Assembly (NCBI RefSeq): GCF_004010195.1
Contig: NW_025214499.1
Location: forward strand, 1-40,040
Source of the DNA: Chiloscyllium plagiosum
Lineage: Eukaryota
Length of the DNA: 40,040 nucleotides
Reading direction: 5' to 3'
The position numbers were made by a program, and so were the translations under genes. Position 1 is the stretch's first letter, and every line of letters begins with the position of its first letter. Shown here piece by piece: positions 33,530 to 40,040 of this stretch. The notes under the pieces were generated by a model that was not told the origin of the DNA, made no database searches, and saw only the letters and a list, made by a program, of their open reading frames with translations.

Positions 33530-36170
33530 AGCCTGGTATTATCTGTAAGGTATGATTATGTGAGTCTGACTATGTCCCAGTCATTCTATTACCTTTCCTG
33601 GATATCTCTTCTCTCACCAGCAGGACAGACACAGCGGAAGTGGCGGCACAGTGGGATACAGCTGTAAGGGAATTGCTCTTGGAGTCCTCAATAGTGACTC
33701 TGTACCCCATGAAGTCTCATGGCGTTAGTTTACACATGGGAAAGGAAACCCCCTGCTGATTACCATGCACCAGCCTCTCTCAACTGATGAATCAGTACTC
33801 CTCATGGTGGTAAGTACACAAAATGTTCTCTGGGTGGTGAATTTCAATGTCCGCCATCAAGAGTGGCTCTGCAGCAGCATTATTGATCTAGCTGGTCGGA
33901 TCCTAAATGATGTAACAGCTAGACTGGGTCTGTCGCAGGCGGTGAAGGAACCAACTAGAGGAAAACATATACTTGACCACAGCCTTACTATTCTGCCAAT
34001 TGCAGAAGTATTGCGCATGACAATATTAGTAAGAATTACTATTGCATAGTCATTGTGGAGACAAAGTCACACCTCCACATTGAGAATAAGCTCCATCATT
34101 TTGAGTGGCACTATCCATGTGCTAATTAAGACAGACTTCGAACAAATCTAGCACCTCAAGTCTGGGTTTCCATAAGGTATTGTGGATCAGAAATTGCAGC
34201 AAAATTGTACTTCTGCATAATCACATGGCCTGGCACATACCCGTCTCAATAATTACCATCAAGCCAGAGGATCAACCTTGGTTCAAAGGAGTGTGCAGGA
34301 TGGCAGGAGCAGCACAGGGCAGACATGTGTGCTAAACAGCAGAAGCAGTAAGTGATAGACAGAGCTAAGTGATCCCACAAGCAACGGTTCAGATTTAAAC
34401 TCTGCAGTCTTTCCACTTCTAGTCGAAAAACGCTGCGGACAATTAAACAATTCACTGGAGGAAGAGTTCCACAAATATCGTCATCCTTAATGATGGAAGA
34501 GCCCAGCACTTCAGTGTATAAGATAAGGCTGATGCATTTGCAACAATCTTCAGTTAGAAATGATGAGTGGATGATCTATCTGAGCCTCCTCCAGTGGTCC
34601 TCAGTAATTCAGTTACCAGTCATCAACCAACTTGATTCACTCCACGTGATATCCAGATGCAGTTGGAGACATTGGATACTTCAAAGGGGACATACCCTGA
34701 CAACATTCTGGCAATAGTACTGAAAACGTGTGCTCCAGAACTTGTCACTGCCCTTGCCAAGCTGTTCCAATATCGTTACAACAACGCCATTTACCCGATT
34801 ATGTGGAAAATTACCCAAGTATCTCATACATAAAATGTTGAACAAATCCAATCCGGCCAATTACCACCCCATCAGTCTACTCTCGATCATCAGTAAAGTG
34901 ATGGAAGGTGTCAGTGCTTTCAAGCAGCATCTGCTCAGCAATAACCTGCTCAATGACCACAGTTTGGACTCCAGCAGGGTCATTCAGCTCCTGATCGCAT
35001 TTCCTTGGTTCAAACATGGACAAAAGAGCTGAATTCCAGTAGTGGCGTGAGAGTGACAGCCCTTTAAAACAAGACTCCTTCGACCAAGTGTGGTATCAAA
35101 GGGCCTTAGCAAAACTGGATTTAATGGGCATCAGGAGCAAACGTCCAGCTGGTTAGAATCATATCTGACACGTAGGAAGAAGGTCATGGTTGATGCAGGT
35201 CAGTAAACTCAGCTCCAGGACAAGTCTGTAGGAGCCCCTCGGGCAGTGGCCGAGGCCCAAGCGTCTTCAGGACTGCTTCATCAATGACTTTCCCTCTATT
35301 ATAATGTCAGAATTGGGGAGGTTCGCAAATGATTGCACAATGTTCAGCAACATTTGTGGCTCCTCAGATACTGAATCAGGCCATATCCAAATGCGACAAG
35401 ATCTGGATAGTATCCAGGCTGACACGTGGCAAGTAATATTCACACCACACAAATGCCAGACCGTGATCATCACCACTAAAATACAATCTAACCATTGTCC
35501 CTTAGCATTTAATAGTGGTACCACTAATGAATTCCCCAGTATCAAAATTCTGGGGGGGGGTAATCATTGCTCAGAAACTCACTGGACTCGCTACATAAAC
35601 GCAGTAACTACAAGAGCATGTCAGAAGCTAGGAATACTGCGATGAGTAACTCACATTCTGACTTCCAAGAGCCTGTCCATTATCTACAATGCATAAGACA
35701 GAAGTGTGATAAGGTACTCCCCATTTTCCTGGATGATTGCAGCCCCAACAACACTCAAAAAGCTTGATACCATCCTGGACAAAGCAGACAGTTTGAGTTT
35801 CGTTTCATCCACAATGCTCCACCATCAATACTCACAGCAGCAGTGTTTTACTATCTACATGTTGCACTCAAATGATTCACCAAAGATCCTCAGACACCAT
35901 CTTCTCAACACACAACCACGTCTATCCAGAAGGACAAGGGCAGCAGATGTGTTCAAGTTCCCCTCCAAGCCATTCACCATCCTGACTTGGAAATATAACA
36001 CGTACCTTCACAGTCGCTGGGTCAGAATCCTGGGATTCCCTCCCTAATGGCATTGTGGGTCAACAGCACAGGTGGACTACAGCGGTACAACAAGGCCACC
36101 ACCACCTTCTCAAAGGAAACTCGTGACTGCCAGAGACACCCAGATTCACGAAATTAAAAAATTAGAAAAA
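33530..36170 (+). mobile_element. CR1/L2-group LINE of a distinct family (APE plus RT, frameshifted) with A-rich tail
   Basis: 'NFNVRHQEWL', 'EPTRGKHILD', 'SNPANYHPISLLSIISKVME', 'RFANDCT', 'WQVIFTPHKCQ', and a tail ending 'aaattaaaaaattagaaaaaa'. Confidence 0.85.
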
Positions 36171-36174
36171 AACA

Positions 36175-37330
36175 TTTAACAGAGCAAGGTTGTTGAGGTA
36201 TCGCAGGGATCAGTGGTCAGTCCCCAGCTGTTCACAATACCCATTAAACATTTGGTTGCAGGAATCAAATACAATATATCGCAACCTGCTGACTGCAGTA
36301 AAGGATGTTGGATTGTGAGTGGGTGAGGAAGTTGTAAAAAAGCTCCAAGGTGACTAAGACAAGTGGAGTGATTGCGCAAATACGTAGTAGATCGAGAACA
36401 AGGTGTGTAGAGGTGATGGTATGCCCTTTGGTGGGAACAAGAGATTGGCAGCCTATGTTTGAAAAGGGATTGTTTGAACCATGTTGATCTATGAAGCGAT
36501 GTATGCTCGTTTTTGTTGTTTCCTTCTGAGCAACCCTCCGAGGTCTCTGCAGCGCAGTGAGTTCTCAACCCAGTGGTCAATACTGGGAATGGCATTGTCA
36601 CGCTGACCAGTGTACATAGACCCTCCAAGGCGGGAGCTGTAACATTGAGAAGGATCTGGATCTCCCTGTGCACCAGTCACTGAAAGCAATATCGCATGGA
36701 ATAAAAAGCAGTTAGGAAGTTAAATGTTGCTTTCACCTTCATTTCAGGAGGATTTGAGTCCAGCAGTAAGTTTTACTGCAGCTGTACAGGCCCTTGGAGA
36801 GGACCAGTCTCGAACATTGTGCAGTATTGTATGCAGTTTTGGTCTCTTTACCTTACATTGGGCAAACCTGACATTGAGGGAGAGCAGCGAAGGATGATCA
36901 AACTGATCTCTGGGATGGCAGGCTTGTTGTGGGAGCAGAGGTTGGGGCGACTGGGCCGGTATTCCATAGGCTTTAGGAAAATGAGTGGCGATCTCAATGA
37001 GATGTATAAAACCCCGACAGGGTGTGACAGATCGGAAGCAGGGATGATAATTCCCCAGGCTGGGATGTCTTAAACATGGGGCTACAGTATCAGGTACTGG
37101 CAGGACATTCTGCGTTGAGATGAGAATAAATGTCTACACTCTGACACTGGTGACCCTGGGGAATTTGCTCACACCTGGAAGCTAAGGCACTGAATATAAA
37201 TAAGGATTTAGAGACACTAAACGGATGAGGGCAGAGCAAGAGTACGGTGTGGAAATAAAAGGCCAGCCATCATTATGCTGAATTGGTTAGCAAACTCGAT
37301 GGACCAAAGGGATTACTGCACTTCCTATTT
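36175..37330 (+). mobile_element. CR1 LINE 3' portion with a ~160-bp foreign insert
   Basis: 'gaggtatcgcagggatcagtg' (GVPQGSV-like), 'QYCMQFWSLYL', 'QRRMIKLISGM' and a CR1 tail. Confidence 0.85.
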
Positions 37331-37659
37331 ATAGCTTTGCAAGGTTAATCACATTAACGATATATTCATTGTATGGGATAAGTGCATTGAGGAGATGTTT
37401 GAATATGAAGTAGAATGGGGGAGGCTCAATGTGTTGTATGACCTCCTCCTTTACTGGTGTTTCTGTGTAGTTTGTGGGAAAGTAATCACAAGCTCTCAGA
37501 TGTTAGGAAGAAGGTCTCTGCAGGGTCGACAGGATTGTGTTTACCGTTCTCTTTTCCAATACCGAGGTTGGTGCTGGGTGTTCTGTCTGGTTTTATCCTT
37601 TAAGAGCCCGGAACAGTTTGATACAATTGACTGTCTTGCTTGGACGATTCAGAGACCAT

Positions 37660-37920
37660 TGAAGAGTTTATCACATGTCTGTCTGTCTGGAGTCACTTTT
37701 AGGCCACACCTGGAAAGCACGGGAGAGTCACTTCCTGAAAGTACATCGGGGAAGGAAATTGGTGTTTACAATCGACATTGGCTTCAAGGGGATTATTACT
37801 GACACCAGAGTTTGCATCTTAATATTTTATTAATTATTTTTAACTTCCACAAGCAGCCAGAGTATTAGCCTGGTCTGGATTAGTAATCCAGTAACATTTC
37901 CACTACAGCACCATCTCCAC
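37660..37920 (-). mobile_element. Deu-SINE-like (SacSINE1-like) SINE, degenerate
   Basis: Reverse complement begins 'ggagatggtgctgtagtggaaatgttactggattactaatccag' (tRNA-like head). The body contains 'ggcctaaaagtgactccagac'. Confidence 0.55.
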
Positions 37921-37984
37921 ATGGGGACCTATCCGAAACCACACTGAGCAGGTTATTTCTGTGCTGCTTGACAGCTCTGTCAGA

Positions 37985-38745
37985 AATAACTCCCACCAAT
38001 TTGACTGTCGTGATTGTACTGCGGGAGTGGTAATTGGCCAGATTGTAATTATTCTCCTCTTAGGGGACTGGACATAGCTGAGTAATTTTCCATATTACCA
38101 GAGAGATGTCAGAGTTGGAGCTGGAATGAAACAGCTTCCTCAGGGACACAGGTTGCTGTGCAGCACAAGTCTTCAGTCCTATTGCAGGAATGGGGTCAGG
38201 GCCCATTGTCTTTGCCATATCTACTGTGTTCAGCTATTTCTTCATCTCACGTGAAGCGAATCGAATTGGTTGAAGACTGGCATCTGTGATTCTGTGGGCA
38301 TCATGATGAGGGTGAGGTGTATCATCGACTCAACACTTCTGGTTCAGGATGGTGCAGATACTACATCCTTGTCTTTTACACTGATGTGTAGGCCTGTTCG
38401 ATTATTTAGGATGGGGATGTTTGTGGAGCCCTCTCCTCCAGTCATTTGTTTAATCATCCATCACCATTTATGACTGAATGTTTCAGTACTGCAGGGCTTC
38501 GATCAAATCTGTTGGTCAAGCTTTAAAGTGTCAGCATCAGGTTTAGGTTCACATGGTTCTGACCCCGACATGTTCACCCACACTCATCACTGAAACATGG
38601 ATCGTGTTGATTGTAATGGCAGACTGAGGAAATTATCCTAGGGAAAATGTTACAGGTGGTGTTTGAATGGTGTTCTGCTTCTCCTGCTGCTGTGGTCTAC
38701 AGCACTACATAAATACGCAGTTTAGAGCTGCACTATCTGAAATGC
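37985..38745 (-). mobile_element. Fragment of the same LINE family as 33530-36170, opposite strand
   Basis: 'ggagccctctcctccagtcatttgtttaat' is the reverse complement of the 34440-34470 region, and 'tcacgtgaagcgaatcgaattgg' of ~34625-34650. Confidence 0.75.
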
Positions 38746-40002
38746 AATTCTGCTGTCTGTCCCCTAGTTCACCCATTCACCCAGCGGCCCTGTACTTAGT
38801 GACCTACTCTGATTTCTGATGTGGAAATACTTCCACTTTTAAATTCTCATTCTGCTGAAGTCATGCTTCCAATCTGACACATTCCATAAAAGCAGTTAAC
38901 TGATTTTAATTCAATTGTTTAATTCATCTAAATATTTTTCCTTGAGTAATACCATCTTCTGTGTTCAAAGAGGATGCCTTTCCCTCTGTTTCTCTCCCTG
39001 ACCATGATTAAGAGCTCTGTATTGTCAGTGATCCCAGCCTTATGTAGTTTCAGAGCTAATGAATTCTCTGGATTCCCAATCATCTTCACTACATCGTATG
39101 TTTTCTCATTTGGTTTGATGCCTTAACACTCATGGCTGCCTTGTCCTCCCATGAGTATGTATAATCTCCTTTGGGATGAATTTCTGATATCCTCCGAATT
39201 ATCCACAGAAATTCCTGCCTTTGCTGCTCCATGGTCTTCCCTGCTCGGCTCCCCTTCCAATTAACTCTGGCAGCCCCTCCCGCTTGTCTTTGTAGTTACA
39301 TTGCTCAATTATAATCACATTACATCAAGAAGAGAGCAATAAATATAAACGGAAAGGAGTTTTGAGAGATGGGACATAAAGAATAATTGGCAGATTTCTT
39401 AACTAGATACAAAGAGAGAACAGGAGAGAGGATATCGACGAGGAAATGTGAAAAAAATGAGAAAACTAGATTATTCAAAGAAGTAGATGTAGATCCCTCA
39501 ATGTTTTGTCAATTCCTGTGTGCTGTGGTCGTTTGTACAGTGCACGTACAACAGAATAATGTGTTCAAATGCTGGGTCTGATGCCAGAATGTTAATCTCC
39601 AGTAATATGGCAGACAACAGCTTTGGAAAGAACCCAGCAGGTCAATATACTGAATTCCCGGGAGAAAGGGGATAAACTGAAATAAGTTGGGATACCAGAA
39701 ACAAGAGTTTATTACACACATCCTGATAAGAATAAGAGATTAGAGTAGAGAATTCCAGAAAAGCTTGGAACATTGAGAGAAGGGGAACATATCACTTTAG
39801 ATGAGCATCAAACAATGTTTTAGAAATTTTATACATCATGTGCATAATTTTTCAATAACTGTGTCTCCGTTATTTATTTAGAATGTATTGGGCACATATG
39901 AAAAATATCTGCACACACACATTGATTAAACAATGTATACAAAGTTATTTTTCCGCCATTGAAATGGTCATGTTGTCGTTTTACCAGGATACATGAACAC
40001 CA

Positions 40003-40006
<4 letters not shown>

Positions 40007-40038
<32 letters not shown>
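40007..40038. repeat. C32 homopolymer
   Basis: Directly visible. Confidence 0.95.
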
Positions 40039-40040
40039 AC

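Noticed and set aside
39330..39730. Possible GPCR exon 2 or other exon near the window end
   Set aside because: No long hydrophobic frame or TM motifs; only short ORFs.
40007..40038. C32 run (G-quadruplex potential; also G run at ~1441-1453)
   Set aside because: Simple homopolymer at the window edge with unreliable length and no functional context.

Overview
Repeat-saturated vertebrate genomic DNA, most likely from a shark or other cartilaginous fish (inferred from the HE1/V-SINE-like, Deu-SINE-like, CR1 and Penelope repeat types). It contains four N-gaps. Most of the window is nested, decayed transposable elements: many CR1 LINE pieces, a near full-span but internally deleted L1, tRNA-derived SINEs, a degenerate Gmr1-like Gypsy LTR element with a SCAN-like gag, Harbinger/PIF remnants, and at least two Penelope-like element (PLE) families. 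One PLE keeps a long RT ORF and an intact minimal hammerhead ribozyme motif. The only host-gene signal I can support is a probable first coding exon (18023-18242, +) of a GPR139/GPR142-like class A GPCR whose N-terminus is built from a 42-bp tandem repeat. Its exon 2 was not found, so the rest of the window is probably intron 1. The most interesting structures are: PLE copies with inverted-5'/sense-3' geometry, short PLE mini-insertions with target-site duplications, minisatellites made from the CR1 3' terminus that were later split by CR1 or PLE insertions, and a diverged tandem duplication across a gap. Family assignments come from motif recognition, not database searches, and boundaries of decayed elements are approximate. 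I see no clear evidence of a wholly new biological system.
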